Shown here: one piece after another, positions 39,389 to 54,500 of the stretch
How positions within the stretch are numbered: the first letter of the stretch is position 1
How the letters are laid out: every line of letters starts with the position of its first letter
Assembly: GCA_051294375.1 (NCBI GenBank)
Contig: CM119269.1
Coordinates: forward strand, 832,272-896,271
DNA from: Paraspadella gotoi
Lineage: Eukaryota; Animalia; Chaetognatha
DNA: 64,000 bases
Direction: 5' to 3'
Translations under genes and position numbers: made by a program
The notes under the pieces: generated by a model
What the model was told of the DNA's origin: nothing
Databases searched by the model: none
The model's input: only the letters and a program-made list of their open reading frames with translations

Positions 39389-42026
39389 ATGAGCCGCCTG
39401 TACGACATATCCATCGAGCCGACGGTCATAGATGAGGATATGCTGAGAAAAGCAGTCGAGGATCAAGGACCAAAGGTTTGTGTCTGGTTTTGACGACGAG
39501 AATTTCCGAGATATCGTATTTCAAAACGTCTCATTCCAGGGCGAGGCGGGCCGAATTGCGATGGAAGAGGGCGTTGACTTTGCGAACGTTTTTGAACTCA
39601 GGCTCGACTTTAAGAACATCCTCAAGATTGATAATCTCTGGATGTTTCACGGGTTTGGAACGAGCGAGCCAGCTTAATACGCGGAATTCGACAGGGTTTT
39701 AGCAATAGTTTCTTAATTCCATCGTAGGATCGTGAAGCCTGCAGATGGACAACAACATTATTGAAAAGATGGAAGGACTCGATTGCCTTGTTAACTTGGA
39801 ATGGTTGGATCTTCCTTCAATAACATCGAGAAGTCCTCGAAGGGATGGAAAAACTTACCAAGTTGAAAGATTTGACCTTGTTTCAGGTAGTCACTCTAAT
39901 TTCCTTCACTTGAATTTCATTAAATTTAAGTTTGATTCGGTCAGCAACCGGATTCGTTACATCGAAAACATGGATGCCTTTGAAGAAATACACATCGTTT
40001 CTTTGGGCAATAATGAATTAACGGATTTGGGAAAACACCGTTTATCTCCGGAAATTTCGTACCCTGAGAACGTTGAACCTCGAAGGCAATCCTTTTTGCG
40101 AAAGGACGAATACAAGTAATTATTTCTAACTTAAGATCCTAATGGTTGAAACAGATACGCAGATATCGAAATCTGGTTCTGTTGGATTATACCCCAATAC
40201 CTAAGTGTCTTATTTAGTTGCTCCATCGAAACAGGAACTTTGTCATTTCCCATCTGCCCCAACTGGAGTTTCTCGATTATCGCCTCATAGACGAGAAAAT
40301 GAGAGCGGACGCCGACGCGGCATACCACGACATTATACAAGTATCCTTATCGTTTTTTTATCTTTTTCTACGTAATATCTAATTCGAGATAATTATTAAA
40401 CTATAATTAGAATAAAATTTTATTTAAAACAGGAAATTGTAGACGAAGAGGAAGCGATTAAGAAAGAAGCAGAAGAGAAAAGACTGAAGGAGGACGAATT
40501 CAATCTTCACCGAAGCGCTTATGTTGAAAATCTGAATGGTTCTTACATGTAAGCAGATCAGAAATATGTACATTAGTATCGGATTGAAAAGATTCAGAAT
40601 TTTTTTTGGTCAAATGTCATGTTGGAATGAAGATTTTTGTACTTTTTTTACAATTTTTTGAACCGTTAGTCACTATTTTTCGATGACACTGAAGGGAAAA
40701 GCTGTCGCAGCAACCAGGATACCGCCTCTTTTGGAGGAGTTGCTTTGCTAACGAATTGATTTGATTTATTCTTATAGAGTAGGATTAATTGATAATAAAG
40801 TATACCTGGCGAAAGCTACTAAATCTAAGGGTACGTGTGAAGGGGAGAGTCTGAGAACGAAGGGAGAAGTATTTAGGCTCTACGAAGCCGATATCTTTCA
40901 ATCGTCCAACCTCTTTGAATCAGGCGAAATTTACGGATATTAGCGTCAGCATTTTCAAATTCGGCATCGCAGAATTGGACCGAAGGAACCAGGAAATCGA
41001 CGCCTTTGACAAATGCATCGAAGAGGCGAAGGAGGAAAATAAGAAAGCGGCGATGAAGCACATCGCTGAATTTCAGGACCACCAGCTGAAGGTAGCTTTT
41101 TTTTTTTGGTTTTTCTTTTTGTTTTTTTGTCTTTCTTTGTTTACATTGTATTGTAGGGTTATTTGTTAAGTCTTTTCTTTCTTTCTGATGTTCGCAGGTC
41201 TTAGACTTGTTCTTTATCTTGTCATATCTTTCTTGTTTTTCTTAATCTTTCTTTCCTTGAGTTTATCTTTTTGTTTTATTTCTTATATTTTATCATCTGC
41301 TTATCGTTATCTCTTGTGCTTATCCTGTCGTATTCTTTCTTTTTTTGGATCCATTGTTTTTTATTCTTTCTTTTCTTCTTCAGTCTTTACCATAACTCTC
41401 GTTTCAAATATGTGATTATTATTCCAAGGTTTTCGCAGAATTGGCCAAGCAAACGGATCCGAAGCAGATCGAAGATATGGTTATAGAATATAATCGAGAC
41501 GTCTCTGACTTATGGGATAAGCTAATGTCGTTGGAGTTACAGCTGGTGGATCAATTGGACGAAACCATCAAAGGTATGTCAAGCATTGGGTTGAGGATTG
41601 AGGAAGAACCAATCACAATATAGTCATTTATATTTTTTTACGCTGTGTCAGAATTCGAAAGAAACATGCAGGAGATCGTGGCGGTGTTCATCGAAAATGT
41701 TCAGGGGTTGATTGCCCAGCTTCGTGACCTGGAGAATCAGCACCATGAGCGTCTGATGGAGATCTCACTTCTGACGCTGGAGAAGGTCGTCAAGAACGAA
41801 TTCGTGGACGAACTCTCCGACGAAGTCCGCGAGCTCTTCGTCGACAAGGACGCAGTGATGAACGCCGTTTCGGCCAGTCACGATCTCCATCTGCTGAGAA
41901 TTGATAACAGGTAGAGGAAGTTTTGGAAGGAAAGATATATAGAGAAAGGAAAAAAAAGAAAGAAATATAGAAAGAAACAAAAAATATGAAAAAATAAATA
42001 TATAAATAAATAAATAAAAATAAATA

Positions 42027-42114
<88 letters not shown>

Positions 42115-42363
42115 AAAAGATAGAAAGGAAAAATAGAAAAGAAAGGAAAAAGAAAAGAAGTAATAACAGTTTTCCACTCATTCGTCATTTCTCTTGACAG
42201 GGAGGACGAAATTGTGACGAAGATAACTCAATGGATGAAAACAATGATGGACCGAATCCACCAAACGGAGGAAGTCGTTCGCAACCGGAAACGAGTCTCG
42301 GAGATCAACAACATGATCGATCATCTTCGCGAGACGGTCGAGAACCTCGAACTACAGATTTGA
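39389..42363 (+). CDS. DRC3: Dynein regulatory complex subunit 3 (LRRC48)
   Basis: MSRLYDISIEPTVIDEDMLRKAVEDQGPK, LRLDFKNILKIDNLW, LRR units, WDKLMSLELQLVDQL, FERNMQEIV...ASHDLHLLRIDNREDE, RNRKRVSEIN; several indels at about 39650-40750 look like consensus errors. Confidence 0.93.
42026..42113. repeat. (GAAA)n microsatellite in the last DRC3 intron
   Basis: Visible tetranucleotide run. Confidence 0.97.
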
Positions 42364-42548
42364 TGGAAAGAGTTATCCTCTCTCTGCTTTGTCTCTCCGT
42401 GTCCGTCTCTCTTTGTCTTCTTGCCCCTCAACCCCGCTATCTAAGAAATTACCTGCCACACTTTTACACATTTTTTTCCCCAGTAATGAAAATGAAAATA
42501 ACGTAGGATATAGTTTGTAAACAAACTTGTACATAATAAACGACGATT

Positions 42549-45500
42549 ATGCTTAAAGCTGCTGTTAAAAACTCGAAAGGGAGTGAAGACGAAGAGGACG
42601 ACGAATCCAGCTCCGATTCGGATTCAGACTGCGAGGAACCGGTGGGTCAACTTTTTCTAATCGCTCTGTCTCTCTCTCTATTATATCCTCTAATATTCTA
42701 TTCCTCACGATCACTGCAGAAAGAAGATCGATTCGCGTCCTCTACGGACGGAGCAGTAGATTCGGGGTTCAAGACACTCTCGCTTGTTGATGAAGTCGGT
42801 GAGTAATAATATATGTGAAGAAATCGTTATGTGTTAGTGACAGAACCGTTCAATATAAGCAGTCCCTGAGCTTCGGATCAGGTTGTAACACCGTGTTACA
42901 GGCGGGTTAAGCGCCCCGTCCCTCTTAACTGCTAGGCGACCACCGGGCTAGAACCCCGGACCTTTGGGTTGGGAGGCGAATGACTTGCCTCCGGCACCAA
43001 TGGCCGCTGATGAACGGTTGGTGGATTTTAGTCCACCATATATGAATAATAATTTAATATACGTAGTAGGTCATACGCATAAGCCGATCGGTTCACTCAA
43101 ATTAACACCGTCATTCACGATATCGAACTTACAATTAAGGACCTCTCGTACCCGAAGACGGCGATGAAAGAGATGGAGAAGATGACGAGGACGAAGACGA
43201 TGATGATGAAGAAGACGATGACGAAGAAGACGAGGAGGAAGAAGAAGACGAGGAGGAAGAGGATGACGACGAAGAAAGTGAGACTGGTTCGGCTAAGCGT
43301 GAACCATGTGTCAGCGACTCAACTGGCTTAACTGGAAGGAGTGACGCCTAATAATAAGCCTTGTGTGCCAAATAATTTATTGACCGCACTACGTAGGTTC
43401 GGAGGACGACAGCGAGGACGAGTCAACAGAGACGACGACGACGACGACGACTCTTGAGACGTCTCCCGCCAAAAAGGCGGAAGTCCAAGAAACTATATCA
43501 GAACAAAAAATCGTCACTCGCACAGTGAGCAAAATTATGGCTTTATGGAGAGCCAAAATATAATGGTCTTATGTTGCTGATATAGTTATAAAATTTCACA
43601 TTACACGTCAATTTCAAGTTGTCAATTAATAGCTCTTCTCCGGGTTTTGTTTCCCTTCCTTTTCCTCAGCCCATTTCTGTGTTTTCTTCCCTCCCTTCCT
43701 CTCTTTTTCTCCAAGTTAATTTGTAGCAAATTGCTTTTCCAAGGTTACTCAGCAGTACACGCCCATTAAAAAGACGGTGCCATCTTTAACGACGAACCTT
43801 TCTCAAACGCTTAAACTTCAACATGATCAACAAAATAATCGTCAGGAGCAAAGAGACGAAGCTAAGACGATTAAAACTTTGACAGCCAAAGCAGATACGG
43901 GTTCAACATACCTCCTCACGGGTAATATCATAATTCCTCTCGTGTTATTTTTTATTGAGCAATGCTCAATTTTTGCTCACTGAATAGTAGGGTGGAGTGA
44001 TGAAAAGATTGAGAGATGGAACAATATATTTTTACTGCCTTTGTATATGTAATAAAAAATAATTAAACCCTTTTTCTAAAAAAATTTGCATAACAGTATC
44101 ATTAATTGAATTTTCTTTATAGTAATATCCTTATAAAATCATAAAATTTCAAAATCATATTTTCTTAATTTTAAAAACAGTTTTGGATTCGCCAGAAAAA
44201 ACTGAAAAACTTTTGTAAAATATGTTACATGATATTTTTAGGTTAAAGCTGCGAAAAATAATTAAAAAGTTTTATCATATAATAGTTTTTATTACGAAGT
44301 GTAAAAAAAGTAAAGAATTTGACATTTTTTTTCCATTTTTGACGCTGAAGACATTGAAATTTTTAATAACATATTTTATATTTTTGATCTAACTTTTTGT
44401 GAAGAATCAGAATCTTTAATAAAAATTTAAAAAAAATTATTTTGAAAATTTATGATTTTATAAGAATATTACTATAAATATATTGTAATTAATAATACTG
44501 TTCCCCAAACAATATAAGCAAAATATTTTTTGTACTCCTTAATCATACTATCTCACGTCTAAATATACTTGTTTGATCACTCAAATAAAATTTATGTTCC
44601 CCAGTGCTCCACTCTACTGAATAGCATTCGAATTAATCGAGCTTTATGGGATTATGAGAACGAAGTTTTTGCCTTGTCCTTTCTTTACTTGTCTTTTGGG
44701 TTATTTCTTTCCCATTTCGTAGTGGAGGTGGTCGAGATAAAAATGTCGAACAAAGTGAGATGAATCGATTTATTGAAATCTGAAAAGCGAATGGAATCGA
44801 ATTGACTTATTGTACAAAGTGGCATTCATTTTTCTAGGGAGAGAAACTTTGGTTACATTTGTAAAAAAAAAAAAAAAATTTCAAAATAATTTCTTAGCGA
44901 GCAATGAAATTTTTAAAGAATTCGTCTGGCTATTTGATTTTCTTTCTTATGATATTGGTACAACCAATTTAAAAATTATCCATTCATTTAATAAATAAGC
45001 TATCTTTGGTTTAAGGCCTCCATCACACTTACAAGATAATGTCAAATGTCAAATTAATGACATAGCAGGCTTTCAATGAAAAATTTCTCACAGTCTTATT
45101 TATAATAATACTAAGGATCTCCACTTGGTCTTTCCAGGTAAACCGAAACGAGCTCTTCGAAAAGAAGTTCCCGCTTCTGCCGTCAGCAACAAAAGCGCAA
45201 AAAAGAAGAAAAGGAAGAAAAAGTACATAATAAAAATTTCTCCGAAGCTCGCGAAAAACAAAATGTATCATATAAGCCTTTTTTCTGTTTTTTCATATCA
45301 GATCACTCCTACAGTATGTACGTCGCATTGCAAGTAGCGACGTAGGTAGGTGGACGAAACATTTAATAGAGATTTAGAGACCGTCTACTTAGAATAAATA
45401 ATTAAATATCACTTATATACTTGTATTTATAGTCCGACGAATGGCGCGACGATTCGGATTTAAAGAGATGGGAGAAGAGGACGAATGGAACTTGTATTGG

Positions 45501-48500
45501 ACAGATTATTCCGTCGCTCTGGAGAGGGTCATGGAAATGAAGAAATACCAGGTGATCCATCCCCTTAGACTTAGTATTTTGTTCTCCGCGACTTGCAAAA
45601 GTTGTTTTTGTCCTTTTTATTTTATTTATTTCGTTAGGGATGGAAAGGAAAGTTTATTGTAAGTTTTTTGTTTCAAAACCTTTTTATATGTTTATCTTTA
45701 ATTCCGTTATTCGACTACTTGCCGTCTCCGATTTCTCTATCTAACTCTATTTTTTTCTAACTCTATTTAGAATGCAATCGTGAGACTGGCTCTTTCTGTC
45801 TCTCAACCATCGACTTTGTTAATATTTTTCAATAATTTTATTTTAGTTTTTAAATTTTTAGTTGTGTCTTAAAGTGTCTGCCTTTTTACGTTCTATCTGG
45901 TCTAAGTCACTTTTATTTCCACGACAGAAAATCAACCACTTTCCCGGAATGAGTGAGATTTGCCGCAAAGACCTTTTGGCTCGTAACATGAATCGCCTTC
46001 ACAAGCTTTTTCCAAAGGACTATAATATTTTTCCCAAATCCTGGACACTTCCCGCTGACTACGGCGAATTCCAGGTGAGTAATCTTTTGAATTAGAAATT
46101 CTAGTAACGGTATCTGTGAAACTTTTAGCTTAAATGACTTTCAAGTACTTTTCAAACCATTCAGTTGTGCGAAAGGCTAGACGCATAAAGGACTCCTTCG
46201 CAAGTGAAACATGTGATACGGCTTCTTCTCTTTCAGGCGTACGGGCGCACTAAAAAGAACAAAACGTACATTTGTAAACCGGAAATGGGTTGTCAAGGGA
46301 AGGGGATTTTCGTTACGAAGAACTTAAAAGATATTCGGCCATACGAGCACCTGGTTTGCCAACAGTACATCAATAAGGTACGCGGACTTATTGCGACAAA
46401 TTAGGAGAGGAATTCCGTCGACTTTTCGAAATCTTCTCCTTCGCCAACATTCTAGCCATTCTTGGTGGACGGTTTCAAGTTCGATCTTCGGGTTTACATC
46501 CTCGTTACCAACTGCGATCCGTTTCGCATCTTTCGCTACAACGACGGCCTCGCTCGGTTCGCCACGTGCCCTTACGACGATCCCCAACACTCCAACGTGG
46601 TGAATATATTTAAGAGGCGTGGTTGAAGGCGCCTCGCGCGACCAGGATTTCAGTTTCCGCAATTTTTTTTTTTTTTTAGGAAAACGTCTTCATGCACCTC
46701 ACGAACTACGCCATCAACAAACACAGCGAGGACTTTTCGCGCGACGACGAGGGCGGCAGCAAACGCAAAATCTCCACGGTCAATAGATGGTTCAAGAATC
46801 ACGGGTAAGTCTTAACTCTCCCTGTGATTTATAACATTTAACTCTGAAGGTCAGTTCCTAATTATAATGATCCAGTACTTGCTTTTAGCCATTTCGTAGT
46901 ATTTTCTTTCAATTGAGTCTTATCTCTCAATCTTTTATTTCTTTTTTTTGTGGGTGTTTTCGAGTTGTTTTTTTTTTTCACGAAGTCTATAATTGCCGTT
47001 CCTCGCAGCTACAACATTGAAACCATCTGGCGAGATATCGATGACGTCATTATAAAGACTCTCATTTCCGCTCACCCGATTCTCAAACACAATTACCGGT
47101 AAGAACGAGATACAAAGGGAGGGTGAAAAAACACGAAGATGAATTCTAGGTTCGTTTGTAAAATAATGTTACATGTAAAATGTATACCTTTTTATCTTAG
47201 TACGTGCTTTCCAAATCACCTCAAAGGCTCCGCCTGTTTCGAAATCCTAGGCTTCGATGTTCTCTTGGACAGAAAACTTAAGCCTTGGCTACTGGAGGTG
47301 AGGACGAATCAATTATTATTGTTCTTGACACTTGTTTTAAACTTTTATCCAGACTTCCGAATTTTGTTAATTATCTCAAAAAAGGTTAACCACAGTCCTT
47401 CGTTCCACACCGACGCTCGTCTGGATCGGGAGATCAAAGAGGCGCTCATCTACGACACTCTCAACATCCTCGGCATCGCCGGAACCGACCGGCGTCGCTG
47501 CATGGAGGAGGAGAAGCGCCGCGTCAAGGAGCGTCTCTTTCAGCGTCAGAACAAGAAGGAAATCAGGTGATGAAGAATTGAATATCGATAAGAGTTGTTG
47601 TTGTTGTTTGCAACTTTTTTGGCGGAATAAGCCGAAAGGAGATATTCATGAGAAAGGCATGTCGCATTTAGATTTGATTGTCATTTCTCGGACCAGCTGC
47701 GAATATTCTAATATTCCATTCAAAGTCGTGGCAAGGATTGTGTCAATTTTCCTTTTGCCCCCTTCCTTCCAAGTAAAACTCACGGTAGTTGGTGTCGATG
47801 CGAAGTTTGTCAAGACCTGACGTAAGTTGTATTGATTTTTCGTTCCGCATAAAAGTTTTAATGTTTCATTTGTTAAGTTTCTTTTTGTTCCAGACCCTAT
47901 ATAGCGCAGAGTAATCTCAAGATGTAGTTTAATTCCACAACTGACTCAGTTTCAAGCGGGGTTCGCCTTGTTTTATTTTTAAAAGGGGAAAAAACTTTTT
48001 TCTTTCTCTATTTGGACAGCAAAGAAAATGAAGACAGTCACTCGCAATACCTAGAACAGATGATGAAGTGGGAAGATGATCACGCTGGGAATTATACCAG
48101 GATCTACCCACGAGTAAGTAAAATGAAAACCTCGTTTTCGCTCAATTGCTCCATACTATGTCCCAATGTACTGACATATTGTATTATATAGGATAGTTAA
48201 TTTCACACTGTGAGTTGACTTATAGCAGAATTATATTGTCAATCTTTCTTATACTCAACTAGGAGGATTCGTCGAGGTACGACAAATTCTTCCAACACTC
48301 AGGATCTCTGTTTTCGGAGACGGCCGCCTCCAAGGCTCGAACAGAATGCGCCAGGTACTGGGTCTTAGGATAAATGACACGTAAACACGCTCGTCATTCG
48401 TATCGCGCTGAATGTTTACGTCGTCACCTATTTAAAAAACGTTAAAGTTAAAATCGGTTTTTTTAAGATAATAGTTACAGTTATTAACGGATATGTATTA

Positions 48501-51500
48501 TGTAATATTAGTCGATGTTATGTGGGGTCAGGAGAGAATGTCGTACGTTCTTAAAAGAAGGGGTGATGGTGGACTGGGCACACTTTTACATTCAGTTATA
48601 ATTTTTTTAATGTTTAAACTTATTAAATATAAAGATATGGTTCGTCACTTCTGACTCCACATGAAATAAAACGTTCGAGTGCCTTAACTCATCTTCACCC
48701 CTCCCATTTCACTTTTTCGATCACGCCTTCTCTCTTTTACAATCATTGATGACGGACACAATTGGATCACAACTTTGGTTAATCCAAATAAAAAAATTCT
48801 CCTGGACCGCATGTCAACCTATTTATTTTTATTTGGGCGTACAGGCTGCACGCTTTATGGGTGCGGCAGCGCCTGCGGCAAATGCCTAATCGAACCTTCA
48901 GTTTCAATGTTAAAAATCTTATCGCTATCAAGCGTCGCTACGCTTGTATTAGGTTGTTATAGATTTCATAGATGCTTGTTTTATTTGTTTACGATCAATA
49001 GATTACTTAATACGTTAGATATCTTGTTCGTTTAACCGCTGGCGCACTTTTTTGTTTTGTTTTTCTATAACCATTATTATATCAGTAATCACGAAATTGA
49101 ATTGAAGCCAATTTTATATCAGTGAAAATCGGGCGCGTTTGAGGGAGGCTGCAGCCGCGGCAAATCAATTGGGTGCTGCAGCTGAAATACGTTTAAAATC
49201 CAATTCTTTTGGTAAGGATGACTATATTTTTTCATGGGTCAGACTTGCCGTATTATAGGTATGTTAGTAGTTAGTGCATTAGTTATTGACTAAATCGTTG
49301 AGAATATTATAACTTTTCTGACAATGCGAAACATGTTGGTTTCGATTCGGCATTTACTAACTATATACCAAATATACCAAAACGGTTTCCTTGAGAAATG
49401 TGATTCCCTCAACGTAATTATGCTCAAAAAAGCTGATCTTTGTAAACCAATGGAGTTTCGTTTTTTTAAATGCATGACGAATTTTTACAGATTTTATATT
49501 GTGATGTTTTGTCAGCACATAATATCCAACTAACAATGGATTTTAACGGAATAAAATACTAGATAGAGCACCAATTTCCTCTGTCTGTTTTCAAGCTACT
49601 GCTGCGCAAAACCTTTTTGTTTTACATGACTTGATATTTGCTGTGAATTAACAAGCGATAAAACATATAACCGGTCATTTTTTGCGTCTTTTTGTTTTGT
49701 TCTTGTCCTAGGTCTTTCTAAATGATTTTTTATAGGCTCTAATAATCATTTCTCTTTACTTTCATAACATTTTTGCATTGATTTAAAAAAAAAATAGCAT
49801 AATGAGAAAAAAAATATAGTTGTATTATAGTTGTTTTTTTATTATAGTTGTATTATAGTTGTTTTTAGCAGAATTAAGGGCGCCATCTTGTGCATGGTTA
49901 AATACGTGTTTTTCCTGAAACATTCAGTAAGATTTTAAAAATAAAGTTGTTAAGGTTTGGCTTCTTATTTATAATAGACAATTTATTACATTTAATTTCT
50001 AAATTGAAACTGAGTACTTGAAGAAAAAAATATTGTGATGTAATATCACTACCCGTTGAATACCACTGTTCCTTCCATCAGCGCCATATTAGCGTACTGG
50101 GCTATCGCTTTATCTCTGATCCCAAAGCTCCCGGGCTCTAGTTCTAGTCCAGGTCGGAACGGTCTTTGCACAAGAGTGACGGGAAGCAAGAAGCAAGCCT
50201 ATTACCACATCCGGAGTTCCAAAAAATCTACCAGACCAACTGCGAACATTAAGTATGGGACTGTCTACACCGTCACATTGGCACGGCGACCCTCTCTCCT
50301 CTTGGTCACTTCAGTATACATTTAAATACCAACAATACGAATGCTTCTTTTGGTTCCCCCGGGCGTTCAACCCTCCAGATGTGCAAAAAGAGTTCCAACA
50401 GGGGTTTTAGTATATAAAGATGATTTCAATCCTTGTTTGCCTAATTAATGTATTAAAGGCGATAATATTTAACGTGCATAAAATTATCAAACCATAATCC
50501 AACTTTGATCTCATCCTTTTAACGCAGGCAACAAAGGGAAGAGATTCGACTCAAGCAAGAGAAAATCGAAGCTTTGCTGAATAAAAACAACAAAAGAGGT
50601 GAAGCGAGGCCAGAGAGTCCCGGAGGCACTAAGCAGAGGAAGAAGGTCAAACGGTTACCTATGCCGTTTAGGAGTCAGCGAGGAAAGGTGAGACTAAGAT
50701 AGGATAACACAACTCTTAAAATTGTTCAATTTTGTTTTTGTTTTTTTAAAGTTATTTTATCCTCTTTTTACTGTTAGGATTTATCTTTTACTTTTTAATT
50801 TGGGCATTTTCCTTTCTTTCTTTCCTTCCTTTCTTTCATTGCTTTAAACGAAATAATAATTTTTAATATATTTTAATCTTAAAGCTCCATAAAAAAATAA
50901 CAATCTATTTTAGTTTAAGCATATCTACCCGAGGTCTTATTTTTTTTATAAAAACCAAAAAAAATAATTAATTAAAACTAATTATTTGTTTATATTTAAG
51001 CTTATTTTTAAAAAATGATTTAAGTTAAAAAAATAAAAAATAGAAAGTTTGAGAAGATGATATAAGTTAAACATTTTTTTTAAAAAATGAAGCAAATTAA
51101 AAAAAATAAAAATAAAATTTAAAAAAAGATGTAAAAAGGATGCCAGTTTTAAAAAAAATTATGCAAGCAAAAATAGTTTTAAAAAAATATTCAAAAATTA
51201 TTTAAATTTTTTAAATATTTTTTTTAAATTGCAAAATATTGTGTAATAGTTTAGTTTACATGTACTAGTTTTCCTCTTGACGCTCATCTTTACCAAAAGA
51301 ACAATTTTCACACTGCATGTATCCACGTTTTAAGTACTTATGCTAATATCAGCAATATTCTTAAAATTCCAATAAACCCGTAAAATCTATGAGAACACTA
51401 TGCGTAAAAATCCACTTCTTTATCCCAGACCCATACCGGTCGCTCTCTAAGCCCTCCATCACTGCCGCAACCCTTGACCCTTCCCCGCCTCTCCCTCATG

Positions 51501-54500
51501 ATTCCGCCGCTCCTCCCATACCCGTTTCTCGGTCCGAAGACTAACTTCAAAACGGGGTGGGCATCGACGGCACGTTTCCGCCTGGATCGTCGTCGTCTTG
51601 ATCCCCCCTCCCCACGGTCTCTTGCCGTGAGGGACCTGACGGACGTCATCGCTTTGATGAGACGCAGCTCAGAAGGGGTCGCTGCAGAGATTGACCGCGA
51701 GAGAGAAGTGGGAAGAAGCGTCGTTGACGACGTAAATAACCTCGATACTTTTCGTCAGAGTTTCAAGTCGAGTCAAAGTAACAAAAACAGAAGTCGTTAC
51801 GGGTTGACGAAGGTCAGGGAAAAGCTGGAGAGGCTGGAAGCTTTTCTGGAGGCGACGGTCGGATGCGAGAACGATTTAAACACTTCTGCGGTTACCAACC
51901 CGCGAGTCTTCGAGCACAAGACTGGAAAGACGTTAGCCTCCGTGTCGGAAGCGAGGTTTCTGCCCCCTAGATTTTTCAATTTTCTCATGGCTGAAATACC
52001 GAGTTTACCCGAGGAAAAACAAGGAAAAGAGCGCCAAGATGAAAATTGTCGATACGACGAACGCGACGACGATTTGGACGACATCGGTGATGACGTCGGG
52101 GAGGACGAGATAAGAAGTTATCGAGGATTATCCCTCGCAGAGCTTGACCCGCTTTTCCCCGGTATCGAATCGACTCGCAGCGAATACGTCGGGTTCGAGG
52201 AGCGGCGCCAGAAAGGGCGACGACAGGCGCGGATGCGTCCTTCGGCAATATTCGAAAGCAAAGGAAATTTAACTTTTGCGGGAGCGATGATTACGGGAAG
52301 GATGAACCTTTGTCCGAAAAAGGTTGAGAAACCTTACTTGATTTGGCTACGGCACGGCACAATCTGAGCCCATTAGGTACTAGGTAGTCGTCGCACGACC
52401 GAGGCGTCAAATGGCTGTTCTTGTAGTTCTTAAATTTTACAGTCTTTAGTTGATGGTACAATTCTTCTTTCCCCACTGCACGAGCAAGTAATTATATTCA
52501 TTATAGACAATTCACAACAGTGGCCTCCTGGGGACTCGGTATACTCTTGGTCTGCTATAGGGGTCACTGGGGGCCAGGGAAAGGCTTGTGAAGTAGTAGT
52601 GGGATATATTTGACTTCATTGGGGGCAAGGAGGCTACTACCATCTAGGGAAAAAGTATATCACATTTTTAGTGGAGGAAATCTACTCGAAAACTTATTTA
52701 ATTTTTAAAAAATCAGAATCTTAAAAAATCTATATTAAATTTTTTCAGCAGTTTACTTTTTTTTTTGTAGGTCAAATTGATTAGAAGTTACAGGCAAAAT
52801 ATGATTGATACCTCAAATAAAAAATAATAAAAAAATTATATTTAGTTTTTTACTATTTTTAAATTAAATTAATTATTTTTTTTCAGTTTTTTTTTAATTT
52901 GGGAATGTTAAAGGCAGCGCACTTCTCTTTGGTTTCTAAAGGTACTATTGTAATTTTGAAAAAAGTAAAAAAGATATGTTATATCAGCGGTAAAATTAAA
53001 AAGATTCTCGTTAAAAGTATAAAAAAAAATCTTACATCCAATTAGCTGTACGAAAACATGCCCAGACAAATATAAACAGTAATTTATGCTAAGAAAAAAC
53101 ATACTAAATATTAAATATATTTTGATTATAATTTATATCTTTTTATTAAATAAATAAACTTTTTAATAAATATGTGATATACTTTTGGCCTAGATGGTAC
53201 GTAATGAAAAAAAAAATTTTAAAAATGCGAAATGGTCCTAAAGCATTCTACACGCCTCTCCCACAACTTGCAATGGTATAAAAAATATAAGGGGTTACAT
53301 TTTTAAGTATTTTTTTCTCTTCATTAGGATGGGCCCCCGGTGGATACGTTGAAGCCGCTGGAGATTGTGGCCGAAGAGGAGCTGGCACGCGTGACTGGGA
53401 TGCTGCAGCGCGATCATCTCGTGCGCAGCCTCGGGATCGTCGAAGCTGTTTATCGGTAAGTACCATTGTCATTCACTAATATCCTTAAGTATTAACTATG
53501 TAATAACTCGGTTGGTATGAATTTGTTTTTATAAACTAAGCTAATAGGTACAAGACCTTATTTAGAGAAAGTTCAACTAATGATGATTAGAATAAAATAA
53601 GACTAGCCAAACGTTTTTCATCTACGTAATTTTAAGTATTTTTAAAAACAAAAATGAATGAAACTCCTTAATTTTTAAATGACCGTAATAAATTCAATAT
53701 GACATAAAATTAGAAATGAAATTGCACCATTCAACGATCTTCCCGCTTCCCGTTGTGACCACTTCGATTAAGGCACGATCTCCGATTCATCATTTCGGAG
53801 AGAGTTATGTTTTCCATGATGCTAAAAACCATTTTTTCATGAGTCACAAAAGTCAAAATAGATGGTGCCATTGCGCGACTCCCGATTTCGGCGATTGCAA
53901 CATGTCGGTCCAATGTTCTAACCCAGATCCCGAGGCGTACATCACCTAGTAAATAGTAGTTGTCACTAAAAGTTGAATTTTTTTTTTTGGATCAGAAATT
54001 TGTATAACTCACTGGGCCGACCAGAAGCTTTCCCACCATTCTCGTGCCGCCCAAGTGGTTTTTCGTGCAGCAACTGATGCATACGGAAATTTTATCCAGG
54101 AGAGAATTCTGAAAATAAAAAATGCTAATGAAATGAAATAAATAAACAACTGGCCACGCAAAATCACCTTGACGAAAAAACTAAAAGATTCGTTGAATAC
54201 TGGGTTTTGGTTTTTTTTCTTTGCCGTCGTTCGCTTCGTTTTTAAAACCTTTCCGCTTTCGACGAGAGACAACTTGACGAAGACAAACGGCGACTCGATT
54301 CCTGTTCCGCCTGGAAAGGTCCGCCGGTCATCGGTTAAGACATCACGCGATTGGATTACAGTTTCACAGTGTATATTGTGGAAATATTGTGAAAATATTC
54401 AAAAAGAGTTATGATGAAAATAGTATGGCATAGTATTTTGATTGCGGTGGTTTTCTCACTTGTCGAATATTGAATATCCTTTCCTTTGAGAACTCCAAGA

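Noticed and set aside
39650-40750. DRC3 as pseudogene or programmed frameshift
   Set aside because: Indels are clustered in one stretch while residues remain conserved on both sides; more consistent with a locally poor consensus.
41765-42188. Phe/Leu/Ser-rich membrane-like ORFs (also 63205-63807)
   Set aside because: Products of (GAAA)n/(CTTT)n low-complexity intron sequence.
42857-43007. Functional tRNA-Gly gene
   Set aside because: Anticodon stem does not pair; reported as SINE-like instead.
45330-45345. Stop codon (TGC AAG TAG CGA) in an early TTLL exon
   Set aside because: Removing one G restores the conserved CKYDV; likely a sequence error.
48830-50330. GC-rich patches in a TTLL intron (weak inverted similarity at 48830-49200; SINE-like at 50075-50330)
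   Set aside because: No clear termini or target duplication could be defined.
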